Origin: Escherichia coli
Lineage (GTDB): Bacteria; Pseudomonadota; Gammaproteobacteria; Enterobacterales; Enterobacteriaceae
Direction: 5' to 3' (one strand)
Assembly (NCBI RefSeq): GCF_003790525.1
Contig: NZ_CP033635.1
DNA: 64,000 nt
Shown: positions 28,704 through 37,900 of the stretch, piece after piece
Position numbering within the stretch: the stretch's first letter is position 1
Layout of the letters: each line of letters begins with the position of its first letter
The notes under the pieces: generated by a model
The model's database searches: none
Seen by the model: only the letters and a program-made list of their open reading frames with translations
What the model was told of the DNA's origin: nothing
Position numbers and translations under genes: made by a program

Positions 28704-28922
28704 TCAGTCGGAAAGCTGCGTCACCTTCAACGCTTTGAAATGTGTCATTCCCAGCTCTTCCAGCCCTTCGGCTGCGCGGCGTATGGCTTCGCCCGGTCCC
28801 GTTCCGTATACCGTTGCATGTGCATGTTTGGTTAACCCACGTTTATTAACGGCATAACCCAACACAAAGAAACGTTTTTCACCACTGCCATTATTTTTAC
28901 GGGATATTGAACGGCTTTTCAT
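28704..28922 (-). CDS. hypothetical protein (satellite early operon)
   Basis: The 72-aa ORF has an ATGA start/stop overlap with the upstream ORF. Confidence 0.5.
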   Translation of the reverse strand: MKSRSISRKNNGSGEKRFFVLGYAVNKRGLTKHAHATVYGTGPGEAIRRAAEGLEELGMTHFKALKVTQLSD

Positions 28923-29104
28923 TTCTTCACCCTTACCACTGATGCTGTGAGTTCTTCTGGCAATTGATATTTCGGCGCAATTTCTTCCGTATACCTGATA
29001 GCGTCCCTTGCCGCTTTTCCTTTTGATTTATATTTATATGTGGTGCGGTAGTTTTCTTCCTCTCCTGTTACCACATTACGCAATTTTATATGAATCTCGT
29101 ACAT
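28919..29104 (-). CDS. hypothetical protein (satellite early operon)
   Basis: The 61-aa ORF starts at MYEIHIKL. A GGAGGGG RBS is present, and the ATG lies 2 nt after the upstream stop. Confidence 0.5.
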   Translation of the reverse strand: MYEIHIKLRNVVTGEEENYRTTYKYKSKGKAARDAIRYTEEIAPKYQLPEELTASVVRVKK

Positions 29105-29106
29105 CG

Positions 29107-29289
29107 TTACCCCTCCATGATTTTTACTGCGCATTTGTGGGTTAATCGCCCCTGTTTGTCATTGCGGGAATATGCCATACGACAGGTATCACGCCATGCA
29201 TCGTCATAAGTCGGATATTCCCGGGAATGAATCATCTGGCGAACGTCGCCGTTCTGGTAGTTAATCAGGGTGATAAGGAGCTTAAACAT
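29107..29289 (-). CDS. hypothetical protein (satellite early operon)
   Basis: The 60-aa ORF starts at MFKLLITL. Its ATG overlaps the upstream stop (ATGTTTAA). The longer 145-aa ORF-track version was rejected. Confidence 0.45.
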   Translation of the reverse strand: MFKLLITLINYQNGDVRQMIHSREYPTYDDAWRDTCRMAYSRNDKQGRLTHKCAVKIMEG

Positions 29290-29809
29290 GGCACGCCTCC
29301 CGGACACGGATACGGGCAACAAAGACCAGACGGGATGCCGGAAGCAGGGCGCGCGCTTCGCGCTCACTGGCAGCGGTAACGGTATGAAGGCGGATATTTT
29401 TACCGTGGCACTGCATAAAGCGCCAGATAAAATCAGGGCGTGTTGATATAGCCATTTTGGCGGCTCCTTGATTAAGTTTACGGAGTCTCGCCAGCACGCT
29501 GTCAAACATGGTGGCGGGACGTAACAGGGTTGACAGACTGGCAATCAAGGAACCAGCGAGCGCAAAGGCTCCCCCATTACGCCCCGCCATAATACGGGGT
29601 AGGGTGGAATTACGGGCACAAAAAAACCGCATTACGGAAATATAGCGGCTACCCGCTTGATTGTTCAGGCTGTCAAACCCGGCACCCGCTTTATGAGGTG
29701 CGGGCAAACGATACGCCATGACAAAAAAGCGAGTCAAGCAATATTGCAAATTATTTTTGCGCAATTGCGCTGAGTGATTGATTTTTAAGAGTAAAAAAGT
29801 CATAATCAT
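29282..29809 (-). CDS. Ash-family / Icd-like (cell-division-inhibitor-like) protein, possibly a fusion or with a later start
   Basis: The middle segment (AGAGFDSLNNQAGSRYISVM...RIMAGRNGGAFALAGS) resembles Ash-family proteins of P4-like islands. The C-terminus (FIWRFMQCHGKNIRLHTVTAASEREARALLPASRLVFVARI) resembles Icd-like proteins. Confidence 0.55.
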   Translation of the reverse strand: MIMTFLLLKINHSAQLRKNNLQYCLTRFFVMAYRLPAPHKAGAGFDSLNNQAGSRYISVMRFFCARNSTLPRIMAGRNGGAFALAGSLIASLSTLLRPATMFDSVLARLRKLNQGAAKMAISTRPDFIWRFMQCHGKNIRLHTVTAASEREARALLPASRLVFVARIRVREACHV

Positions 29810-29815
29810 TTCTGC

Positions 29816-30067
29816 CTATTGTTTCTTATTGTTGATTTCAGGTGCACTAAATGCACATCCTTGACTGGTTGGCTCGCTGGCTTTAGCGAGCTTCTTTTTT
29901 GCTCTGCTGCCAATACCCGGCCTCCTTCCCTCACATGTAGTCATGTGCTCATTCCAGTCAGGTGGATAATGCTGTATTACCGGACATCCGGTTATGATGT
30001 TTAAAGCGTTTGTTTGTTTATGCCACGTGGAGAATATACCCCCACCGCCATTACTTGTATTTATCAT
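29816..30067 (-). CDS. hypothetical protein (first ORF after alpA)
   Basis: The 83-aa ORF ends 6 nt before the next start and was not recognised. Confidence 0.4.
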   Translation of the reverse strand: MINTSNGGGGIFSTWHKQTNALNIITGCPVIQHYPPDWNEHMTTCEGRRPGIGSRAKKKLAKASEPTSQGCAFSAPEINNKKQ

Positions 30068-30362
30068 AACAGTTCACCCAATTCGGTTAATGTAACCGGA
30101 ATAACTCAATTTCATACACTGTAAATAAATGCTGATTTTAAACTTAGCTCCTTGGAATATATTTCTTACGTGTGACGCACAGGTGAAAATATCCCTCTGA
30201 TAGTCCATTTTCTTTTATTTTGTCACATCTGTTTACTCCGGTTCCCTTAACAAGGGTAGAGCATCTTTTAAACCATGAATGCATCTTCGGTTAAGTGATG
30301 TTTCTTATTGTATGAAATATTTAGGCGCATATCGCGCCATGCTGACTATAAAATGAAAATAA

Positions 30363-30584
30363 TTAAGCCTGAAAACGTTGTTGTTTTCTTTCTTCTATCC
30401 AGTCGATAATTTCCTCTTCAACCCATGCAACCGCGCGAGGGCCTATTTTTATTGGTTTGGGGAATATATCAGATTTTATATCTTCGTAAATTCGAGCTCT
30501 TGATCTCCCTGTGATTTCAATGACTCTGGGGAGTCTTATTAATTTTTGAATCCGCCTTTCGCTGGTCTGTGAGTATGCTGACAT
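30363..30584 (-). CDS. alpA: AlpA/Vis-family phage transcriptional regulator or excisionase (MerR-like HTH)
   Basis: The 73-aa ORF contains LIRLPRVIEITGRSRARIYEDIKSDIFPKPIKIGPRAVAWVEEEIIDWI, the AlpA signature. Confidence 0.85.
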   Translation of the reverse strand: MSAYSQTSERRIQKLIRLPRVIEITGRSRARIYEDIKSDIFPKPIKIGPRAVAWVEEEIIDWIEERKQQRFQA

Positions 30585-30939
30585 ATTGGCCTCCTGTATA
30601 TGCTGACATTTTACGTTAGCTCACAGCGGGAGCATGTAAGATCTCGCGGTCGTCTGCGGGACGAGAAAAATCATAAACAACGAAAAGCGGATTTGTAAAT
30701 CAGGTCGATTTTCAGGCGGGGTTGACATGGACAGTGAGATTTGTTCCATGTGTGCAATATACATTTTAGGACCACTTTAAGCCACTTTAAACCGCCAGAA
30801 AGCGACAAAGAATAACAAGTTAGTGCCAGAAAGGTTTGCTGACTTACCCTTTTAGGTACCAGAAAAAGCCCTTTCAGGTCGGTGTAATGCTTGTGAACGC
30901 TGAAATAGTGGTTTCTGAAAACAAAAAAAGAATTGAAAA

Positions 30940-30955
30940 TGTGATAAATATCACA
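30940..30955. promoter_or_regulatory. perfect 16-bp palindrome TGTGATAAATATCACA (CRP-consensus half-sites with 6-bp spacer)
   Basis: aaaatgtgataaatatcacaaaat is read directly. It lies in the 610-bp non-coding region between int and alpA. Confidence 0.55.
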
Positions 30956-31112
30956 AAATAATATCGATAAAATAGTTTGATTTTTTTGTTTTTATTAAAA
31001 GCACTGGTTAATTGTAAAAAATTAATTATAAATCAAATGGATATATCTGTTTTTTTAGGGTAAAAATCACTAGGTGCTTTTAGCAGTATCTTATTCTATT
31101 GATTTTAAAAGA

Positions 31113-31147
31113 TAAAAAAATCGGCGTGTCCACATATTGTCCACGCC
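31113..31147 (-). terminator. rho-independent terminator of the island integrase, with two GTGGACA direct repeats in the hairpin
   Basis: On the minus strand, ggcgtg-gacaatatgtgga-cacgcc is followed by gattttttt, about 48 nt after the int stop. Confidence 0.65.
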
Positions 31148-31194
31148 TTGAGTTTAATTCAGCCGCTTGGGATAGTTTAGTTTGTTGAGTTGAT

Positions 31195-32457
31195 TCAGTC
31201 TGTTTCGTTAGTCCATTTAAAATCATAGGGGGAAATATATGCCGCCTTGCAGGTGTCGAGATAATCAGCCCACCATTGCAACATTCGGCGGCGTTCCTGC
31301 ATATGTTCAGCTCTGTGAACGTATGCAGCCCGGACACTGCCTCTTTCCCTGTGACTCATCTGAAGCTCAACGGCTTCTCTTGTCCACCTGCCTGACTCTG
31401 TCAGCGCCGAACAGGCCATGGTCCTGAATCCGTGACCACAAATATCTTTTTTTGTGTCGTATCCCATGTGGCGTAATGCCTTGTTAATGGTGTTTTCGCT
31501 CATTGGTTTTATCTGGTAATGGTCGCTGGGGAAAATAAACACTTCATCACCGGATATATTTCTTATATCGTCAAGAAGCTGCATGGCCTGAGTGGGTAAA
31601 GGGATGGCGTGAGGGGTTCCCATTTTCGTTCCACGATATGAATATTTTACGCCTTCTATTTTTTCGCGTTCTGCTGGTATTACCCACATTGATTTATCAA
31701 AGTCAATTTCATTCCAACGAGCAAAACGCAATTCACTTGAGCGAATAAAAATTAATAAATTTAATTTTAGTGCAAATTGCGTTAATAACCGTCCATTCAT
31801 CTTATGGTGGTAATCATTTATTTTGCCAAGTAATTCAGGTAATCGCTCAAGGGGAAGAGCGGGGCGATGTTTGGTTTTATTAGTTTCGATTGCACCGTTC
31901 AGTTCCTGCGCTGGATTGTATTTAATCATTCCATTCTGTACAGCGTAGCGCATAATGGCGTTCATTCGCTGCTTGTTACGTGATGCTGTCTCAAGCACTC
32001 CTTTGTCTTCCATTTTGCGTAAAGGAATCAGTAGATCCATGGTTGTGATCTCGTTAATTGGCCTTTTACCAAGAATGGGGAAGATGTGGTTTTCCAGGTC
32101 TTTTAAGACTTTTTGCGCGTGCAATTCGCTCCAGCCCTTTTTCCGGCTGTGCCATTCTCTGGCAACGTCTTCAAAAAGCACTATTTGAGGTTTTGGTGTG
32201 TGCAGTGGGTCAATGCCTTTAGCCAGGCTCGCCAGATATTCATCACGAGCGTTCCTTGCCTGTGCAAGTGTTACGGCAGGATAAATGCCTAAAGCTCGGG
32301 TCGTTTCTTTACCGTTGATAACCTTGCGAAAGCGCCAGTATTTTGAGCCGTTGGGGTGAACATAGAGATACAGGCCTTTCCCGTCACGAAGTTTTTTAAT
32401 TTTATTGTTGTCCTTATCTGGTTTGGCGTTACGTACAGCTATATCAGTCAGTTTCAT
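31195..32457 (-). CDS. P4-type (DUF4102 N-terminal arm-binding domain) tyrosine integrase
   Basis: The ORF has MKLTDIAVRNAKPDKD...GKGLYLYVHPNGSKYWRFR, and C-terminal HGFRTMA and Y in VRAAYVHRAEH. The start at 32457 has a GGAGGA RBS. The gene lies directly downstream of, and co-oriented with, tRNA-Arg. Confidence 0.9.
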   Translation of the reverse strand: MKLTDIAVRNAKPDKDNNKIKKLRDGKGLYLYVHPNGSKYWRFRKVINGKETTRALGIYPAVTLAQARNARDEYLASLAKGIDPLHTPKPQIVLFEDVAREWHSRKKGWSELHAQKVLKDLENHIFPILGKRPINEITTMDLLIPLRKMEDKGVLETASRNKQRMNAIMRYAVQNGMIKYNPAQELNGAIETNKTKHRPALPLERLPELLGKINDYHHKMNGRLLTQFALKLNLLIFIRSSELRFARWNEIDFDKSMWVIPAEREKIEGVKYSYRGTKMGTPHAIPLPTQAMQLLDDIRNISGDEVFIFPSDHYQIKPMSENTINKALRHMGYDTKKDICGHGFRTMACSALTESGRWTREAVELQMSHRERGSVRAAYVHRAEHMQERRRMLQWWADYLDTCKAAYISPYDFKWTNETD

Positions 32458-32635
32458 TATGTTGATCCTCCAGACGGGTACAAATAAAAATCGAACCAAG
32501 CATACCCGCTTTTATACCCATTTTAATATGGGCTTCAGGCAAATTTAACGAGAGAAAATGAGACAATGGGAGATGTTTAACTCATTGAAAGTAAATGGAT
32601 AATGGTTTTTTCTGAGAGGTTGCAAGAAGTTGCGA

Positions 32636-32710
32636 TGGTGTCCCCTGCAGGAATCGAACCTGCAATTAGCCCTTAGGAGGGGCTCGTTATATCCATTTAA
32701 CTAAGAGGAC
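32636..32710 (-). tRNA. argW: tRNA-Arg (anticodon CCU)
   Basis: The reverse complement reads GTCCTCTTAGTTAAATGGATATAACGAGCCCCTCCTAAGGGCTAATTGCAGGTTCGATTCCTGCAGGGGACACCA. It forms a cloverleaf with a CCT anticodon in CTCCTAAGG and an encoded CCA end. Confidence 0.93.
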
Positions 32711-32785
32711 AATGCGGCATGAGTATACCCGCTAATGGACTGCGGGGTAAGTACACTGCCGCTCGATTGCTTAAACCCTCGCCAT

Positions 32786-33718
32786 TTATGCCGGGTTTTT
32801 ATCATTTTTCTTAATGTTTTCCGCACGTTCTGCTTTTTGGCGTGCTTCTGCTTTGCGCTTGTTGCTCATGTCGTTACGAATCTGTGCATGACTCATTAAC
32901 GCGAAGATAAAGGTGCCGCCGCAGATGTTCCCCGCTAAAGTAGGTAGTGCGAAGGGCCAGATGAAATCGCTCCAGTGCAGCGTACCGTTAAACACCAGAT
33001 AGAGGATTTCAACAGAACCGACAACGATGTGAGTGGTGTCACCCAGGGCAATAAGCCAGGTCATCAATATAATCACCACAATCTTTGCCGCACCCGCTGC
33101 AGGAAACATCCATACCATAGTGGCGATCAGCCAGCCGGAAATGATCGCGTTGGCAAACATCTCGCTGGGGGTGTTCTTCATCACATCCATGCCGATTTTG
33201 ACAAATGCATCGCGAGTTTCTTCATTGAAGATTGGCATATATTCAAATGCCCACGCCGCAATACCTGTCCCGAGAATATTACCCAGCAGCACGACGCCCC
33301 ATAACCGCATAAGTAAGCCAACGTTGCTCATTGTCGGTTTTTGCATGACAGGTAGTACCGCAGTCACGGTATTTTCGGTAAATAATTGCTGGCGGGCCAT
33401 AATGACGATAATAAAACCAAAGGTATAACCGAGATTCTCCAGCAAGAAGCTGCCCGGCACACCTTCCAGTTCGACATGAAATATCCCTTTTGCCAGTAAT
33501 GAAGCGCCCATCGACAGACCCGCCGCAATGGCTGACCACAGTAGTGCCATTGCGTCGCGTTCCAGCTCTTTTTCACCATCCTGGCGGATATGCTCATGAA
33601 TTGCCATCGCCCGGGAGGGGAGTCGATCTTCATCTATTTCTATTTTTTTGCCGCGCTCTTTTTCTTCACTCTCAACTTCAATTTCGTCGCTGTGTTGATC
33701 AATTTTGTCGTTGTCCAT
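32786..33718 (-). CDS. yfdC: formate/nitrite transporter family inner-membrane protein
   Basis: The 310-aa ORF is polytopic and lies between argW and mlaA, as in K-12. Confidence 0.88.
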   Translation of the reverse strand: MDNDKIDQHSDEIEVESEEKERGKKIEIDEDRLPSRAMAIHEHIRQDGEKELERDAMALLWSAIAAGLSMGASLLAKGIFHVELEGVPGSFLLENLGYTFGFIIVIMARQQLFTENTVTAVLPVMQKPTMSNVGLLMRLWGVVLLGNILGTGIAAWAFEYMPIFNEETRDAFVKIGMDVMKNTPSEMFANAIISGWLIATMVWMFPAAGAAKIVVIILMTWLIALGDTTHIVVGSVEILYLVFNGTLHWSDFIWPFALPTLAGNICGGTFIFALMSHAQIRNDMSNKRKAEARQKAERAENIKKNDKNPA

Positions 33719-34011
33719 GGTCTCTTCTCTTGAATTAGCACGTATAGCTAAAGCGTAGCGGCTTTTTTGCTCGCAACTGGCGGGAGTTACTCTGAAAATG
33801 TAGAAAAGGCCGCGTTTGCCTTTTTCTGTTTCTATAGAATCAAGTAGCCTACAGGGCGGCGATTACCAGGCTATGATCAAATCAGCAAATCAGGGCGTCT
33901 GGACATCAGTTGACGTGCTGTTACAATCGCCCACACCTAAACAGGCGGATACGGTATCGTTCCGTCATGGATGGCAAACTGCATAAGCCATAAAAAAACA
34001 GGGAGACATTT

Positions 34012-34767
34012 ATGAAGCTTCGCCTGTCGGCGCTTGCTCTGGGAACTACGCTTCTGGTGGGGTGTGCGAGTTCCGGTACAGATCAGCAAGGGCGTTCTGA
34101 CCCGTTAGAAGGGTTCAACCGCACCATGTACAACTTCAACTTCAATGTATTAGACCCGTATATTGTTCGACCGGTCGCTGTCGCCTGGCGTGATTATGTT
34201 CCGCAACCGGCGCGTAACGGTTTGAGCAACTTTACTGGCAACCTTGAAGAACCTGCGGTGATGGTTAACTACTTCTTGCAGGGCGACCCTTATCAGGGGA
34301 TGGTCCACTTTACCCGCTTTTTCCTGAACACCATTTTGGGGATGGGCGGCTTTATTGATGTTGCAGGGATGGCGAACCCGAAACTGCAACGGACTGAACC
34401 TCACCGCTTCGGTAGTACGCTTGGTCATTATGGTGTGGGTTATGGGCCATACGTTCAGTTACCGTTCTACGGTAGCTTCACGCTGCGTGATGACGGTGGT
34501 GATATGGCGGATGGTCTTTACCCGGTTCTTTCCTGGCTGACCTGGCCGATGTCTGTGGGTAAATGGACGCTTGAAGGGATAGAAACTCGTGCGCAGTTGT
34601 TGGATTCCGATGGTCTGCTGCGTCAGTCGTCCGATCCTTATATTATGGTGCGCGAAGCGTACTTCCAGCGTCATGATTTCATCGCTAATGGCGGCGAACT
34701 CAAACCGCAGGAAAATCCGAACGCGCAAGCGATTCAGGATGATTTAAAAGATATCGATTCTGAATAA
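34012..34767 (+). CDS. mlaA: outer-membrane lipoprotein MlaA (VacJ), phospholipid asymmetry maintenance
   Basis: The 251-aa ORF has the lipobox LLVGCAS and the sequence DPLEGFNRTMYNFNFNVLDPY. Confidence 0.95.
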   Translation: MKLRLSALALGTTLLVGCASSGTDQQGRSDPLEGFNRTMYNFNFNVLDPYIVRPVAVAWRDYVPQPARNGLSNFTGNLEEPAVMVNYFLQGDPYQGMVHFTRFFLNTILGMGGFIDVAGMANPKLQRTEPHRFGSTLGHYGVGYGPYVQLPFYGSFTLRDDGGDMADGLYPVLSWLTWPMSVGKWTLEGIETRAQLLDSDGLLRQSSDPYIMVREAYFQRHDFIANGGELKPQENPNAQAIQDDLKDIDSE

Positions 34768-34779
34768 GAAACAAATAAA

Positions 34780-34808
34780 AAAGGTGAGTCACAAAACTCA
34801 CCTTTTTT
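34780..34808 (+). terminator. rho-independent terminator after mlaA
   Basis: The hairpin ggtgagt-cacaaa-actcacc is followed by tttttt. Confidence 0.8.
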
Positions 34809-34945
34809 GTTGTTATCCCTCAATTACCCCAAGTAAAAGAAGATAAACCGACAATGACCTGGACATAATTATGTAAAAATACTGATGTTCGTCATTGTCT
34901 GTTTCCGATATTCAGACGTTGAAAAATCAAAAAAACTGGACAATT

Positions 34946-36193
34946 TTAATTATCATCAAAATTAACATCCAATGCAGATAGTTGATTAATTTCATTTTGA
35001 TATTTAGCCTGGCGATTTTGAAGCCTTTTTTCAACTTTATCTTCGATTTCCTTAAAGTGGTCATATTTATTTTGAGAACGGTCAACTTCGTTATCGACTA
35101 AAGTAGAAATTATTTCTTTTACATTATCGCGTCTAAATTTTGCATCGTCCACTTGAAAATTATATCTTATTGCTCGACCTAAACGTTTAAAAACTTCGTT
35201 TGGCTCTCTCAGTCTTTCCCCGTTGAGCTCGTTTACAACCTGATGATCGGAACCTGTTGCAAATGATTCTGCCATGATAGCTTTACTGCTTTCAAACCAC
35301 GCTGAAGCATTCCTGGCTTTTTCACTACAATATTGGGTGAGACTATCACCATTAATACGAATTCCTCTTTGAATGTGGTAGTCGTCCTGATCATAGTAAC
35401 CGAGAGATAAGTAATCATTTCCGTTTTTATTTTTAATTACAATAGCGAGAGAATCGCCTTTTTTATCTTTACCGTACCAGGTAAATAAGTCCGTTGGTTC
35501 GCTTTTCCCATTCTCATCAAATTCCGTTATCGTATGTCTGAGTTTTTGTGATATCTTATCGAAGATAAAACCAGGATCTCCATCATATATTTCTTTTAAT
35601 GCGCTGAAGATCATTTCCTTCTTATTGATATCATGAGTATTCTCTACTACATTTTCATGGATGATGGTTTGGCCGACTTTTTTGTTTTCATCGTTCGTAG
35701 GTGATTTTATTGGTTCTTGATTATAGATACCACTAGTAATATCGGCTGTATCATTGGAGTCAATAGCACCCTCATTACCACTAACAACGATACTACCATC
35801 AGTAAAGTCAGCATTATTTATATCATCATGAGTCTTCTCAACTATGTTGTCATTAATGATAGCACGGACGAGTTCTTTGTCTTTATAGCTCGCAAGTAAT
35901 TTTATTGTTTCTTGGTTATCGATACCAATAGTAATATAGTCTGTATCATTGGAGCCAATATCAATATAAGTAACTGAGGAATTATTAATATTAAATCTAT
36001 CAGGATTGTCGTTTCCTCGTATGGCGTTTTTTATAAGCGCAAGTAGATGTTTAACACAGGTGCTTATTCCTTGCTTACCATTAAAAAGGTTTTTGAGCTC
36101 TTGTACTAATATATTAACTTCATCATTGTTATTTTCATTGATGGATTCTGTGTAAGCTGCGCTGGTATTGTTGATTGAAATAGATGGTAGCAT
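34946..36193 (-). CDS. yfdF: uncharacterised low-GC protein YfdF with an internal ~65-aa repeat
   Basis: The 415-aa ORF begins MLPSISINNTSAAY and lies between mlaA and fadL, as in K-12. It is Asn/Asp/Ile-rich. Confidence 0.8.
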   Translation of the reverse strand: MLPSISINNTSAAYTESINENNNDEVNILVQELKNLFNGKQGISTCVKHLLALIKNAIRGNDNPDRFNINNSSVTYIDIGSNDTDYITIGIDNQETIKLLASYKDKELVRAIINDNIVEKTHDDINNADFTDGSIVVSGNEGAIDSNDTADITSGIYNQEPIKSPTNDENKKVGQTIIHENVVENTHDINKKEMIFSALKEIYDGDPGFIFDKISQKLRHTITEFDENGKSEPTDLFTWYGKDKKGDSLAIVIKNKNGNDYLSLGYYDQDDYHIQRGIRINGDSLTQYCSEKARNASAWFESSKAIMAESFATGSDHQVVNELNGERLREPNEVFKRLGRAIRYNFQVDDAKFRRDNVKEIISTLVDNEVDRSQNKYDHFKEIEDKVEKRLQNRQAKYQNEINQLSALDVNFDDN

Positions 36194-36514
36194 GATTTTA
36201 TTCCATGTTGATTGATTTGTTACAAATATATATTACCTAATAAAATAGACTATCAAAAAACGCTCATTTATTTAGACCCTATCTTTAATTTGAGTGTATG
36301 AGCGCACAATAGCCAGGGTGGTTTGAGTATCCTGGAAATTCAGAAAAGTAAACTCTTTGAGAAAGACGAGCAGAACGCCTGAAAATATGCCTTTCCCTTC
36401 AGGTTTGTCTGTGGATACCACTTAATGATTTGAAAGGGCAAGCTACCATCAGGCTGTTTGCAAAACTCAGGAGGCAAGCAATGAGGAAACAACTTTCGTT
36501 GAAGTGTGGGAGTT

Positions 36515-36541
36515 AAAGTCACCTGCATAGCAGGTGACTTT
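36515..36541 (-). terminator. hairpin downstream of fadL
   Basis: The hairpin aaagtcacctgc-ata-gcaggtgacttt lies 19 nt past the fadL stop. The T-run is weak. Confidence 0.5.
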
Positions 36542-36559
36542 ATCCAGGCGAACGCGTTA

Positions 36560-37900
36560 TCAGAACGCGTAGTTAAAGTTAGTACCGAACAGCCAGGCTT
36601 TACCTTCAGACTCGAACTGGTATGGGCCTTCGTTAATTTTCACGCTCTGACCGTGCATATAAGAAACACCAACATCGACTGAAGCATCTTTATTAAATGC
36701 GTAAGTCGTACCTGCACTCAGCCAGAAACGGTCCTGGTCCGGAATGGAGATAGAACGATTCTGTGCCGGAACTGGGCTGTCATCAAAGGCGATACCGGTA
36801 CGGAAGGTCCAGTTATCATCGTAGTAATAAGTGGTTCCCAACGCGATGCGGTAAGCATCTTTAAAGCCTTCATGTTTCTGGAACAGCGTGTCGCCACTCG
36901 TTGAGGTCGCTTTCAGCTGCTGGAACTGACTCCAGCTGGTGTAAGCCAGGCTATAGTGAATTGCCCACTGCGGATCAACACGGTTATAACCCGACACTTC
37001 CCACATTTCAGGCAGGTTCAGCGTCAGATAACCCGACTGCGTTGCGCCACCTGTCGCGGTAGGAATTGGCAAACCGTAGTTATTAAAAGCCGGGTTAAGA
37101 TCGCTGCTGTAGTTACCCTTGAAGTCAATTTTCACTTCAGAGCGGTAGGTCAATGCGTAGCGGTTGTTTTTATCCAGTTCGTACAGGATCCCGGCGTTCC
37201 AGCCAAAGCCCCACTGGTTACCGTTCAGGTGAGCGATTTTGGTATTACTGTCGATGCCGTTGGCGGTAGCTGCTAATGCTTGCCCCTGAGGAGTCTGCCT
37301 GGCAGGAGATTGCATAATCTGACCAGCAACCAGCTGCCCCAGATCGCCTGCGAAACGTTCAATTTTCGCGCGAGCGTAGACGGCGTTGAAACCAAGACCA
37401 AAGCTCCATGCATTATTTAAGCGATACGCACCGCTTAAGTTCAGGTTCATGGTTTCAAGGTCGGTTGTACCCCCGACAGAGCCGCCTGCATAAGTATCGT
37501 TAAACTCTGTTGCCAGGCCATAGTTAGAGGTAATAGAAGCGCCCCAACCAAATTGGTCGTTAATCGGTGCAACAAAGTGCATGTTCGGAACCCATGCCGT
37601 AGGTGCGATGTTATCGGCTTTCAGGCTACGGCCAGATGGAGACGTTCCGCTGATATTTACATCCGGATCAATATAAACCGCACCCGCAGAAAATGTCGGG
37701 CGGTCAAACATGGTAATCAATGCGGGGTTACGGCTAACGTTACCTGCATCATCGGCAATTGCGCCTTCCCCTGAATAAGCCCGGCCCAGGCCAGAGGAAG
37801 AAAATTCGTTTAACTGAAAGCCTGCCGACCAGGCCTGGGTGGAGATAAGTGCCACTGCGACTGCGAGAGCAGACTTTGTAAACAGGGTTTTCTGGCTCAT
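36560..37900 (-). CDS. fadL: long-chain fatty acid outer-membrane channel FadL
   Basis: The ORF begins [42 protein letters not shown], and the beta-barrel ends in NYAF. The start was set at the third codon of the ORF. Confidence 0.95.
   Translation of the reverse strand: MSQKTLFTKSALAVAVALISTQAWSAGFQLNEFSSSGLGRAYSGEGAIADDAGNVSRNPALITMFDRPTFSAGAVYIDPDVNISGTSPSGRSLKADNIAPTAWVPNMHFVAPINDQFGWGASITSNYGLATEFNDTYAGGSVGGTTDLETMNLNLSGAYRLNNAWSFGLGFNAVYARAKIERFAGDLGQLVAGQIMQSPARQTPQGQALAATANGIDSNTKIAHLNGNQWGFGWNAGILYELDKNNRYALTYRSEVKIDFKGNYSSDLNPAFNNYGLPIPTATGGATQSGYLTLNLPEMWEVSGYNRVDPQWAIHYSLAYTSWSQFQQLKATSTSGDTLFQKHEGFKDAYRIALGTTYYYDDNWTFRTGIAFDDSPVPAQNRSISIPDQDRFWLSAGTTYAFNKDASVDVGVSYMHGQSVKINEGPYQFESEGKAWLFGTNFNYAF

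Larger units (their letters stand above)
19948..32710 (-). mobile_element. argW-integrated P2-helper-type phage satellite-like island (~12.8 kb)
   Basis: The island is bounded by tRNA-Arg and a direct degenerate repeat of the tRNA 3' end. It contains an integrase, AlpA, a primase-helicase, Ogr/Delta, a Sid/Psu-like protein and a GpN-like capsid. It has no terminase, portal or tail genes. Confidence 0.8.

Noticed and set aside
29290-29544. The long 145-aa version of ORF 29107..29544
   Set aside because: Its N-terminal 85 codons overlap the Ash/Icd-like ORF out of frame and are Cys/Pro-rich. The internal ATG that overlaps the upstream stop is the likelier start.
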